Assembly: GCA_035084275.1 (NCBI GenBank)
Contig: CM068745.1
Span: 54,560,001 to 54,624,000 of the forward strand
From: Hydrolagus colliei
Lineage: Eukaryota
Length of the DNA: 64,000 bases
Reading direction: 5' to 3'
Shown here: positions 1 through 10,737 of the stretch, in pieces
Numbering within the stretch: position 1 is the stretch's first letter
How the letters are laid out: each line of letters begins with the position of its first letter
Notes under the pieces: model-generated
Databases searched by the model: none
What the model saw: only the letters and a program-made list of their open reading frames with translations
What the model was told of the DNA's origin: nothing
Translations under genes and position numbers: made by a program

Positions 1-411
1 AGCAGTTTTATATACAACTATAAATCCAATTGCAGATTTATGCACATGGGAGAAGGGGTTTACCTATACACCGTATATAAAACTGCCAACATGTGGTCTA
101 ATTTAGTGTATTTAACTGAATTCCTTAAAAAAAATCCCATTATAGATTCTTGTCTACATCCTGGAATGTCACTCTGCAAATAGGTTGTTTTAGAGCAGAA
201 TTGCTGCGAGTTTCATTTTGCATTATTTAAATTTTGTCTTCAAAATTTCTGTTAAAAAAATTGTGAATTTGACTGCACAAGTGCTCATTACAGTCCATCA
301 AGTAAAAAAAAGGATAATCTAGGAATTGTATCTACCAGGGATATCATTTTTTGAAGATGTACATATATCTCAGTTCTGGCATTTTGTGATACAATTCAAT
401 GCAGTTGAAAT

Positions 412-736
412 TAGTTCTGCAGCTCACTGGTTAGAGCACTCCCCTTACAAGCATGAGACCTGTGTTTCCAATCCAGACAGGTGAAGGCGAAACCTTGGGC
501 AAGTTTCCTTACTCCACACACCTAATAATAATTAATCCCCCCCCAAAATCCTATAATAAGTTGGTCATTTCAATCCACGACTATTTGTGGGACACTGCTG
601 TGCGCAATTCGCTGTTGTGTTTCGCCCACAAATATACAATCAATTCACTTTATAGTATATTCTGAGAAATGCTTTGAGAAGTCTACAAGACATAAAAAGC
701 ACTATATCAAATGCAAGGATTATTATTTATTATTAT
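412..736 (+). mobile_element. tRNA-derived SINE, family A (Deu-domain-like core, L2-like tail)
   Basis: A-box-like head agctcactggttagagc, core tttgtgggacactgctgtgcgcaatt, tail ending aatgcaagga(tta)n; the same sequence recurs many times in the window. Confidence 0.85.
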
Positions 737-1162
737 GATTCAGTCTTAATCTGAAAATCTCAAACAATTATTTATCTTCTAATTATCCTGTTATGAGGTA
801 AATATTATGATTTTGCAAAAAGGAATGGCAGTACCAAACTCCTCTTTTAAATTAAAATACAATTTGAAACCTCGGGTTAGTAGACACCAAAGGCAGACTT
901 ATTGTTTAATTGGCCTCATGCCAGAGACGAGATACAGTAAGATATTAAGCAAAAATTCCACTGTGACATCAGATATATGAATATGTGTTGAAAAATGCAT
1001 GATATAAGGGCTCTCCAAATAATCATTTCAGTAATTTTATTTCAAAAAAATATTGTTGCTATAATATTCTCCTATTGTTCTCATGCTGGAGTATATCTGC
1101 CCTCCAGGAATTTTCCTGGTGGTCAATTTTTTTTAATGAGAGTCTCAATCGTGAATTAAAAT

Positions 1163-1350
1163 GAAAGACAGAATATGCTGAAATCGGAAGTACATCAATG
1201 AATCAAGATGGGAAAGTGAAAGATAGGTTAACATTTCTGCTCCAACCCATCTATCTATTTCAGAAGCTAATGACCTTCTTGAAAGAGTGTTGCATTCTAT
1301 TTTACCATGAGAGGCATTACTGTTAACCCCGATCCTTTCTGTTATTTTAT
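1163..1350. repeat. possible highly decayed Penelope pseudo-LTR remnant
   Basis: weak resemblance (acagaatatgctg...ggttaacatttc...tttctgttatttt) to the 3' region of the Penelope copy at 10700-10835, in both orientations. Confidence 0.25.
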
Positions 1351-2148
1351 TAACTTTTTTTCGGGACTTTCTTAAGTTGAGGTTGTCAATTTGCCAATTG
1401 TGTGACTCTCAGCTGATTTGTAAAACAGATGTTACAGTTAATGGAACAAATTTAGTTTGTGAAAATTAAATTTTTGTTCCTATTTTTGACAGTGGTGAGA
1501 ATGATAAATATTGCATGTTTTATAATTTTAGTGGCAAACAGTGCAAATCCATTGCAATACTGTACATCTGTGTTTTCAAGATAAGCTTTCATTTAACATA
1601 CATTTTTAACATACCTTTAAGAATATCAAGATGGAGACGCCAAAGAAAATCTAATGCTATTTTACCATCCCTTTCAGCATGTGTAATGTTTGCAAAGCTG
1701 GAAAGACATGAGGTAGAAGGTTGTTGCTGTACAAGTTTTTCAGCTACTGTATCTCTCTCCTACTGGTGAAATATAAAGCAGGGTTTAAATGGAATTGTTT
1801 AACCAGCAGCAAGGTGAAACTGCAAATACATGGTGTTGGATGCAGACCTGATATGACAGTGGAATCGGTCATTGCTCAATTCTGTGCTTTCGCATTGTGG
1901 AGGGCAATAGGAATGACTAAAAATCGCCACCCAGCTGTCCTTTACTGTATAAACTAGGGAACGGCGATATATCGGTATATCGCTAAAACCCGATATGATT
2001 TTCATATCGGTATGCCGATATAGACATTTTGAAAATACCGATATATCGAAAAACGATATATCGAGGTAAAAAATCGGCATGCGAGCACAATCAACTACAA
2101 GACCCAGAATGCTCATCTCTATACACAATGCACAGACCGAGGTGCAAA

Positions 2149-2160
2149 GCCGCCATCTTG
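2149..2160 (-). promoter_or_regulatory. YY1-consensus motif within the hAT element
   Basis: GCCGCCATCTTG (= CAAGATGGCGGC on minus); the other long copies have CAATATGGCGGC; motif match only, function untested. Confidence 0.35.
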
Positions 2161-2197
2161 TATTCATAGTCCTCGGATACAATATACAGGTATGCAA

Positions 2198-3200
2198 GGG
2201 GTGGGGGGAGAGAGACGGCTGTGGGTGGGGGGGGGGGGGGGTGAGGGGAAGAGAGACTGCTGGGGGGGGGGTGAGGGGGAGAGAGACGGCTGGGGGGAGG
2301 GGGAGATAGACGGCTGTGGGGGGAGGGGGGGAGAGGGGGAGAGAGACGGCTGGGGGGGGGAGAGGGGGAGAGAGACGGCTGGGGGGAGGGGGAGATAGAC
2401 GGCTGGGGGGGGGAGGGGGGGAGAGGGGGAGAGAGACGGCTGGGGGGGGGGAGAGGGGGAGAGAGACGGCTGGGGGGGGAGGAGAGGGGGAGAGACGGCT
2501 GGGGAGGGGGAGAGAGACGGCTAGGGGGGAGGGAGAGGGGGAGAGAGACGGCTGGGGGGAGGGAGAGGGGGAGAGAGACGGCTGTGGGGGAGAGGGGGAG
2601 AGAGATGGCTGGGGGGGAGAGGGGGAGAGAGATGGCTGGGGGGGAGAGGGGGAGAGAGATGGCTGGGGGGGAGAGGGGGAGAGAGACGGCTTGGTGGGAG
2701 AGAGGGGGAGAGAGACGGCTGGGGGGGGGAGGAGAGGGGGAGAGAGACGGCTGGGGGGAGGGGGAGAGAGACGGCTGGGGGGGGAGGGAGAGAGAGACGG
2801 TGAGTGGGGGAGGAGAGGGGGAGAGAGACGGCTGGTGGGGGGGAAGAGAGGGGGAGAGAGACGGCTAGGGGGAGGGGGAGAGAAATGGCTGTGGGGGGAG
2901 GGAGAGAGAGACGGCGGGGGGGGGGGGGGGAGGAGAGGGGGAGAGAGACGGCTGGGGGGATGGGGAGAGAGACGGCTGGGGGGGGAGGGAGAGAAAGACG
3001 GCGAGGGGGGAGGAGAGGGGGAGAGAGATGGCTGGGGGGAGGGGGAGAGAGACGGCTGGGGGGGGAGGGAGAGAGAGACGGCGGGGGGGTGGGGGGAGGG
3101 AGAAAGAGACGGCTGGGGGGGTGGTCGGGGAGAGAGACGACGGGGGTGGGGGGTGCGAGAGAGGGACGGCGGGGGGGTGGGGGGGGGGGAGAGACGGGGT
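2198..3200. repeat. G-rich minisatellite inside hAT copy 1 (unit approx GGGGGAGAGAGACGGCTG(n), 22-30 bp)
   Basis: dozens of tandem units with variable G-runs; equivalent arrays in copies 2, 3, 4 and 5. Confidence 0.95.
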
Positions 3201-3396
3201 GGATGTGATAATATACAGATAGATAGAGATGGGGGGATGTGAGAGAGGAGAGAGGGAGAGAGACATAGAGAGACACAGACTGAAAAACACAGAGATAGAG
3301 AGAGTGAGAGACACAGAGAGAGAAAGATATTTACCTCCTGAGAAGATAGGCCCCGAATGCGCGCGCACCCGGAATGCGCGCGCACTCCGATGCGCG

Positions 3397-3408
3397 TGCG
3401 CATGCGCA
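3397..3408. promoter_or_regulatory. NRF1-consensus palindrome within the hAT element
   Basis: TGCGCATGCGCA; TGCGCATGCG is retained in copies 2-5; motif match only. Confidence 0.35.
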
Positions 3409-4580
3409 GTACGAAAATATCGGTATTTCGGTATATCTCGATATGAGCCAACCGATATATCCATATCCGGAAAATTCCCATATCGCCGTTCCCTAGTATA
3501 AACCATTTTTGTTTTGGAGATTGCCCCTGTCAAGCTCAATTGAGTCATGAAACAGTTTAGCCCTACACAAGTCAACCAAAGTAGAATCACCCTACTTGAC
3601 TGTAGTGCTGTGGGTTCTATTTCTCCTTCACATTTATAACATGCTGCAAACGAACACAGCCAGTGCAGGCTTCTGAGCCGTGCCATTGCTCAGAAGTATG
3701 CAAACGTATTTGTTGGACTGTAGTGTAAGGTTAGCACCCATTAGTTTCAGTATCATGACATTTGTGATTTAGTTTGCAGTATTTCTTGATACAGAAATTA
3801 ATCGAGTAGAGACTTCTGATAACTGAATATATATTACGTTGGGCAACGTGAATTCTGCTTCAATAAAATCAACTACCAAAGCGGAAGTTATCATACACAA
3901 TGAACGACAACCTACATTTATATAGGTGGTGTTTAATGAAAATTTAATACAATGGAAACTTTCTTTCAAGGTTCATGCTTGTGAAGCAGTCTAGGATTCT
4001 CCATTGGTGTAAGAGAGTGAGTGAGTTGGCAGATAGTTTACTGTTCAGTAGAAGCCATGGTGTGATGGTTCTTCCTCTGCTTACTCACTCTTGCTCCTTT
4101 ATGCTTCATGATACAAGGCACATCTTGTAGTTCCACAAATCCTCTTTATAATTCAGTGCACTTGAAAGATTCCTGCTGTTTCCAAAATGTCTGTGGGGCA
4201 TTTGCAGTTTCAAATAGTGGCCTGATTTGCCCGAGTTGTTTTGGAAGAAGTTTGTATGTAGTATGTCTGCACCTCATTAGGTTGTAAAAAAACTGCCACA
4301 AATTCAAGTACTGAGACGAAGTAACAATTATGAAGTTCAAGAAATTAGTACAATAATGATTATAGAGGTCAAGCACTCCATTTTTCTGACTTCCCTGGAG
4401 AAGTAGCTTCTTTTGGTGTCTTTCCTGTTAGAGTTGTGCAATGAAGAGGAGATACGTGTTGACTCGCAATACACAATTCCCTTCAATTACACTATGTGTA
4501 CCTCAACAAAGCAATATGGTTTTCAAAAAGCAGTTCCCATAAATGTTATTTAAAATATAAACTAGACCTACATGTCTCTC

Positions 4581-4601
4581 AGCTGAATACAGTATTCAGC
4601 T
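4581..4601. repeat. short perfect palindrome
   Basis: agctgaatac-a-gtattcagct. Confidence 0.8.
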
Positions 4602-4699
4602 TGAAGAAACCATAAATCAAAGCAGCTATCACAAGACCTTTCCAAAATGATTTCAATAGTCTGAAAGCTGAGTGTGTGTCTGTGCTGGGAGGTGATCTA

Positions 4700-4745
4700 A
4701 TGGCTATCCATTTCTTTGTGGTTAAACAAAGAAATGGATAGCCAT
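4700..4745. repeat. perfect 20-bp inverted repeat with 6-nt loop
   Basis: atggctatccatttctttgt-ggttaa-acaaagaaatggatagccat. Confidence 0.95.
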
Positions 4746-5194
4746 GAGAGTGGTATTTGTGTCTCCAACCAGTGCCTAGTGTTATCTCTTGAGTTGTTCC
4801 GCATTACTGATGCCATTTGGAGAGGCTTCACTTGTGAAGGAGACAAAATGATCTGATCTCATTCTTGACATTACCCTCTTGTGAGATGTGAGTATTGGAT
4901 TATTTCCTATCTGTAACATTACCGAGTGCCTGGAAGCATATAAGCAGATTCTCAAAAACCATATGTGCCCTCTCAAAAGTGACTGTCCTACAATAGAAGC
5001 TTTTGCACTCTGTCTTAAAAATAAAAATAACCAATCAGGAGAGTACAGAGAGATTGACCAGGAGGTTTCAATGAAGTCCCTTCAATATCTTTGGTCTGTC
5101 CTTCCTGCAGCAACAATGTCTGTGGGTTTTAGGACTCCAGATCATGAAAAGTTTTGGAACGCTTGTTTTATTTATGTGAGAGAAAAAGATGTTG

Positions 5195-5480
5195 AGGGAT
5201 AATATGATCCACATGCTTAAAGTGCTGAGAAGAATAGATTGTGTAGATAAAAGCAGATTTCACTTAGATTTTGAGCTCAAACTCAAAGGACACAAGTAGA
5301 GAATTAAAGAAGCCTCAAGTGAAAGTTCTTTCCCAAAACCCATGAGTGGATATATGAAGTAGACTTCAATAGAGAAAAGAAGGTCAATTAGAAAAATTGA
5401 GAAGCATATATGTAGAGATTGTGAAATATTTGCTGGCTAGAGCAGTGATGCCTTGTATTGACCTATTAACACACTAGACT
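5195..5480 (+). mobile_element. degenerate CR1 LINE 3' fragment
   Basis: ttgagggataatatgat...actcaaaggacacaag...ttctttcccaa resembles the CR1 ORF2 C-terminal/3' region. Confidence 0.4.
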
Positions 5481-5861
5481 GTAGAAAGTAGGAATGTGAG
5501 TTAACTTATCTCACTTCAGCATAGTCACACTATCAGATCTTGACCTCAGATCCATCAATAGATCTGATTTTACTATCAAATGGGATGAATATTAATCATT
5601 CAGACTAGCTATAAAGTTGAAGATGTAATATGTGACACTGTGGGAGCAGTCTTAAGAAGCAAAATATTAAAATATTTAAAATATTCAAACACTTGCAAAC
5701 AGCATGCTATGTATCACACATTGCAACTTCCACATGAACCTGGAGCAGCAAATGACTTGTGTCTTCCAGACATACACTGTCATTATCACTCCTGTCAAGT
5801 GGCCCATTGGTTGAGGCAGGGAATTTCCGCAAAGTTGGGCTAAATTAGTTTGTGTGAAGTT

Positions 5862-5965
5862 AGAATCATAGAATCATAGAAGTTTTCTGCACAAAATGAG
5901 GCCATTCGGCCCATGGAATCTGTGCCGCTCTTTGAAATGAGCTATTCAAAGTCAATCCCATATCC
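5862..5965 (-). mobile_element. CR1 LINE 3' tail
   Basis: (agaatcat)2 octamer terminal repeat followed by gaggccattcggcccat, typical of CR1 3' ends read in reverse. Confidence 0.65.
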
Positions 5966-7324
5966 AGCTATAGAATCCCACTCCCCGGCTATAGTTAATG
6001 ATGTTGATATTTTGTTTTGCTAAGGATAATATTTTGTGAAAACATAGTCAGACCACAAAAACAAAATTACATTTGTATTCTGCCTTTCAAGTCAGAAGGA
6101 CAACCCAAGGTGCTGGGTGAAACAAATAGGTGAAAATTTGGTTTTGCATCACAGACTGTTGTGAAATGTTACATTTTTCATCCAAATGATATAAGGGAAT
6201 GATAACAGATAAATCATTAAACACACGTGCTATATTTGCAGTTTGATGAGACTGGGTTGACTTTAGTCCCAAGATACTGGCATAAACAACAAATAACATC
6301 AAAATGTGTGAGCACTGTTAAGTCCAGATACCAGAAGGTTTGTAGGCAAATTTTGAAGACAGTTATGAATACAATTTAAAAGAGGAAAGCATGACTTTTC
6401 TAGCATTAATTAACCACAATTTTGTGGAATTATACCTTGAACTGTGATATTAGATCTGCAGGCTTGGTATATCAATTGGTATGATAATGTGGTCAAATGC
6501 TGTCAGACAGGCAATTTTAACAGCAGTGAAAAGGGTACGTATGATACACCAGGCTGAGTATTGATCATGCACAGCAGTCCGACTGATGATAGTAAGACAC
6601 CAGTTTTGTCAGAATGAACAGCAGATATTATCAGAGGATTCAAACCTTGATTGTTTCATGTCTGCCCGCTATCGACTGAATCTCATCTGTCCTTCCAAAT
6701 CATACTCAATGACCTTAAGCTTGCTCGATTCTGACACTTCACTGAGTTCAACAAATACCTGTATAACGAATGGAAGATCAAGCTTGTAATTGTAACAAAA
6801 GACAAGTAGATTTTGTGCAATACAATTTATTTTTAAAAAGTAGAACTTTAGTGCTGTGTAAAGAAAGCAGCAACAAATGAATGCAGAGTTCAATACTTTC
6901 ATTAGTCTGCCATTGCAAAAATCACATCTTAGATTAAATAAAACAGTTCATTAAATTGTTCTGTGAGAAAATGTGTCTGTTATTAAATTATGCAACCATT
7001 CATATGGTTCAATTGAAAACATTGAGGCTCCCTTTACGACAAAAACCTAGTTTCATTCGTATAAAGTAGTTTTGATGATAGTCCATTCAAAACTGAATGC
7101 TTTTTACCTTCAGCTTGGAACCCTCTAAAACCCTTTAAAATCAATCTTGTTCTTGCATGCTTTTTGTTCTGTTTATATTTGTGGTGAAATTTTTCAATCA
7201 ACCTGCGATGGGTTATAATGCAGTGCTTCATTTGTTCACATTTTTCTCTGGAACAGAGACTGATGATGGTGTAATCTTTATTTAAATGAACACATAGGAA
7301 TAATCAATAACCTCTTAGAGGTTA

Positions 7325-7700
7325 TTTGCCAGTATTTTCCACCCCTCGCTTCACAGGCGAGAGACCTGCGTTTGATTCCCTGCAGGGTGAAATATTGGGC
7401 AAGTTTCCTTATTCCATATGCCTTTGTTTATCTAGCAGCAAGTAGAAACCTGGTTGTTAGTCGATTGGCGGATCACTTTTCCAGGTGTATTAATTCCTTA
7501 ATTCCAGCACCTTAGGACGTCCTCCTTACATAAAAGGCACTATACAAGCGTAATTTTGTTATTTGTTGTTGTTAAAAAAAATTGGTCACTTCAATCCACG
7601 ACTGTTCATGGGACACTGTTCTGCACTATTGGCTATCATGTTTTGCCCACAAAATATACAGTCAATTCACTTGTGAATGACACTATACAAATGTAATTTG
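7325..7700 (+). mobile_element. composite SINE (tRNA head + longer core + first tail, then Deu-like core + second tail)
   Basis: gagacctgcgtttgattccc head, gggcaagtttcctt core, tail with (tgt)n at about 7555-7573, then tggtcacttcaatccacgactg Deu-like block. Confidence 0.7.
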
Positions 7701-7724
7701 TATTGGGACAATTTAGGACAAGTC

Positions 7725-8045
7725 AGCATATTGGGACATCCTCCCAATGTGAAAGGCGCTGTATAAATGTACTTTTATTGTTGTTTGTTGCTATCACTTT
7801 GTTGTTGATGCTGTTTACAACAACAACATAAAAATAAATTTTTTAGACTACCTTTCATGTCGGGAGGACATCCCAAGTCAATGAAACAGTGGGATTTCCC
7901 ACTGACTTCTGTGTTTATACCTAACTTCCAGCTTTACAGATTTCTTCACTTTAGAGTACCGGTATATTCTGTGGAGTGGTTTGAGATATCTGAAGACATG
8001 ATAAGGTGCTACATGAAATGCAAGGATTATTATTTTTATTATTTC
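7725..8045. mobile_element. cluster of SINE/L2 3' tails in both orientations
   Basis: ttgggacatcctcc..gaaaggcgct (+), ctttcatgtcgggaggacatcccaag (-), aatgcaaggattattat (+). Confidence 0.6.
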
Positions 8046-8973
8046 AGTACTTCATGGATGAGCCTAGGCATCAAGTATCGGCAGATTCATTGACCATGAT
8101 ATCCACCATTGCTAGTTCTGTTCTATTTTCTCATGTGAAAACAATGGCTATTTCCTCACCTCCTTAACCCTGTTGTACCATCGCCAACTATTATACAACA
8201 AAAACAACAAAATTTGAATAGTGCCATTCACATCAGGAGGACATTCCAAGGCACTAGAGAGTCAATGTTTCAGACCCGTCCAAATGAGACTGACTTCTTC
8301 AGCACAGTGGAGGGACTGAACCTGGTTCAGTCAGAGAAAAATCACACCAGTGGGTCAATACTAATGAATTGTTTTTGGATCATGCAATGTCATATTAACG
8401 CACAATCAAACCAAGGTATCAACTCTCACTGAATTCAACAGAGGTTCTCAAGGTGACTCCGAATTTACACCATTCAGAACAAAGTGGAGGAGAGACCTGA
8501 AATGGCAGATCTCCATTGGCATGACAATAGATGGCAAAAAAAATACTTACATAACCTAAAATCTAAGAATTTTTGTTAATCATGAAAAATAATAAATGTG
8601 CATTATGTTGTAAATTACATGGCACAGATTAATAAGTGTTCATAAGAGAGGTAGTGATGAAGACCCTTCAGACCACTTGATGTTATCCTTTTAGACTATT
8701 TTCTCAATGCAGAATTAAACTGTTTCTTACATGAAATGATCTTCCCATTTCAGGAAGGCTACGTTATGATACACATTAGAGTACAGTGTATGCTCCTCTC
8801 TAAACATGGTGATTTCCTCAAACAGGAAGGACATCACAGCTGAGGAAGTGAGGACCTTCCACTTCAAGCATTTGAATTAAGTTTTAATGCAGGAACCCTG
8901 ACTGATATTTTTGAACCCAGCCCAGATATGTTGAAAGATCATAAAAGATTCTGCTTCTTATCTTTATTTATTT

Positions 8974-9285
8974 GGAATCCTATAGCTCAATGGTTAGAGC
9001 ACTCATTTTGCAACCGAGAGACCCAAATTTTATTAGAGGTAGGGAGAAACCATGGGCAAGTTTCCTTACTCCACACACCTAATAATAATCTCTCAAATTT
9101 GTTTTTGTCACACTCAGTCCATGATTGTTTGTGGGATACTACTGTGCGCAATTGGCTGCCACATTTGCCCACAAATATACAGTCAATTTACTTTGCAGAA
9201 TATTCTATAAAGAGCTTTGGGACATCTAGAAGATGTGAAAAGTGACATATCAAATGCAAGGATTATTATTATGATTATTATTATT
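8974..9285 (+). mobile_element. SINE family A, full length
   Basis: tagctcaatggttagagc head through aatgcaaggattattatt tail; collinear with 412-736. Confidence 0.85.
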
Positions 9286-9841
9286 TGTAGTCCATTCAGA
9301 AATGTGTTTTTCACGTTTTGATGGAACCATAAATAATAATGAATAATCATTCCATTTGATATAAGGCCTAATCACATCTTTGAGACATTTCAAAGAGCTT
9401 CATAGAATATATTGTAAAGTAAGTGTATGACTGTATATTTTGTTGACAGGCAATTAGTGTACAACAGTATCCCAAAACATACTCCAATGATAGGAAAAGG
9501 TGTCGATTTCACCTACAGGAAAGAAGAAAGGGAGGGAGAATATTGAAAGAAGAAAAAACACATTTTGTGCAGATTCGTATAATTTCACAGCATTTGATAA
9601 AAGTAATTTGTATATCATGAGCAGAACCTTGGGATTCCCTCATAATTTGATAGGCCTGCATGGCTACAGGCTGAGCATGTTAAGGTACTATTATAGTCTC
9701 AAAAGATACTATGGTCTCAAAAGAGCACTTTGTCATCAAACAATATAATTGTTTTTATAAATTGATATTATTGTTGAATAGTGAGGCTGGTAAGGTGGTA
9801 AGTGAGGACCAAGGGGACACTATCACGGACCCGTGAAAAGG

Positions 9842-10426
9842 TCTATTCAACACATCATCCATAGAAACTTCCATCACCTGCAATGTGACCCATCCACCAA
9901 GGATATATTTCTCTCCCCTCCCTTCTCCGCATTCCGAAGGGACCGTTCCCTCCGGGATTCTCTGGTCCACTCTGCTGTCAGCACCATCAGCTGCTCTCCT
10001 TCCTCTGGCACCTTCCCGTGCCAGTGCAGGAGATGTAATACCTGCCCTTTCACCTCCACCCAAACCACTCTCCAGTGGCCAAAACACAGCTTCCATGTGA
10101 GACAGTGGTTCACATGTACTACCACCAATGTAATATACTGCATCCGCTGCTCACGGTGTGGTCTCCTCTACATTGGGGAGACTAAGCGCAGATTGGGAGA
10201 CCGATTTGCAGAGCATCTTCGCTCTGTACGGTAGGTCAATCCTGATCTTCCAGTTTCCCTCCATTTCAACTTGCACTCACATTCAGAGGCTGATCTTTCG
10301 ATCCATGGTCGCCTGCGCTGTTCCAGTGACCCACAGCGAAAGCTTGACGAACAGCACCTCATCTATCTACTAGTGACACTATAGCCGTCTGGCCTCAACA
10401 TTGATTTCAGCCATTTCAGCCCATAG
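9842..10426 (+). pseudogene. Penelope ORF C-terminus: linker Zn-finger + GIY-YIG endonuclease, disrupted by in-frame stops
   Basis: FPCQCRRCNTCPF...VIYCIRCSRCGLLYIGETKRRLGDRFAEHLRSVR*, continuing in frame VNPDLPVSLHFN...RKLDEQHLIYLLVTL*PSGLNIDFSHFSP*. Confidence 0.9.
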
Positions 10427-10700
10427 GAGTTCTCCCCCCCACCCCCCCTCCGCCCCATCACAATCATAACTCCAGACACCTCTTGCCTCTCTGGTGCTTT
10501 GTTTATTGTATCACCACTAAACACCTCTTCTCCCCAGTTTTGTTTAAACCCACCCCCTTCTGTTTCTCCCCCTGAAGTAATTAACACATATTCAACCCAT
10601 CAGTTAACACATTATTTTTTTCCTTTGTCTTCTTTGTCTTCCATGTCCTGTCTCTCCCCCTTTAACATCCTTAAGAAACGTCTCCCTCCAAACAAGCCCC

Positions 10701-10737
10701 AGTTCTGATGAAGGGTTGTAGACCTGAAACATTGACT
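10701..10737 (+). ncRNA. degenerate minimal type I hammerhead ribozyme motif
   Basis: agtt-CTGATGA-a-gggtt-gta-gacct-GAAAC-att-gact: both catalytic boxes, short stem II, possible stem I agtt/gact; Penelope elements are known to carry minimal hammerheads. Confidence 0.55.

Larger units (their letters stand above)
1955..3495 (-). mobile_element. non-autonomous hAT DNA transposon, copy 1 (TIR subtype A), 1541 bp
   Basis: perfect 16-bp TIR TAGGGAACGGCGATAT at both ends; perfect 8-bp TSD GTATAAAC (1947-1954 and 3496-3503); CGATAT subterminal repeats; no transposase ORF. Confidence 0.95.

Noticed and set aside
412-480. tRNA-like sequences (also 8974, 38230-38295, 62560-62606)
   Set aside because: SINE heads with degenerate B boxes, no complete cloverleaf, each attached to SINE body and tail
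2198-3200. Repeat-spacer appearance suggestive of a CRISPR-like array
   Set aside because: The segments between GAGAGACGGCT cores are only variable G-runs, not unique spacers; eukaryotic context, no cas genes
1799-3686. Long Pro/Ser-rich (extensin-like) and Gly/Arg/Glu-rich ORFs up to 560 aa; likewise at 12161-12937, 26953-28442, 29103-30143 and 60661-61684
   Set aside because: They are open in several frames on both strands because the minisatellite lacks stop codons, lie inside TSD-flanked transposons, and have frames that differ between copies
6669-6758. Minus-strand candidate exon (atacag|GTATTT..., VFVELSEVSESSKLKVIEYDLEGQMRFSR*)
   Set aside because: No recognisable protein and no partner exons found; chance is likely
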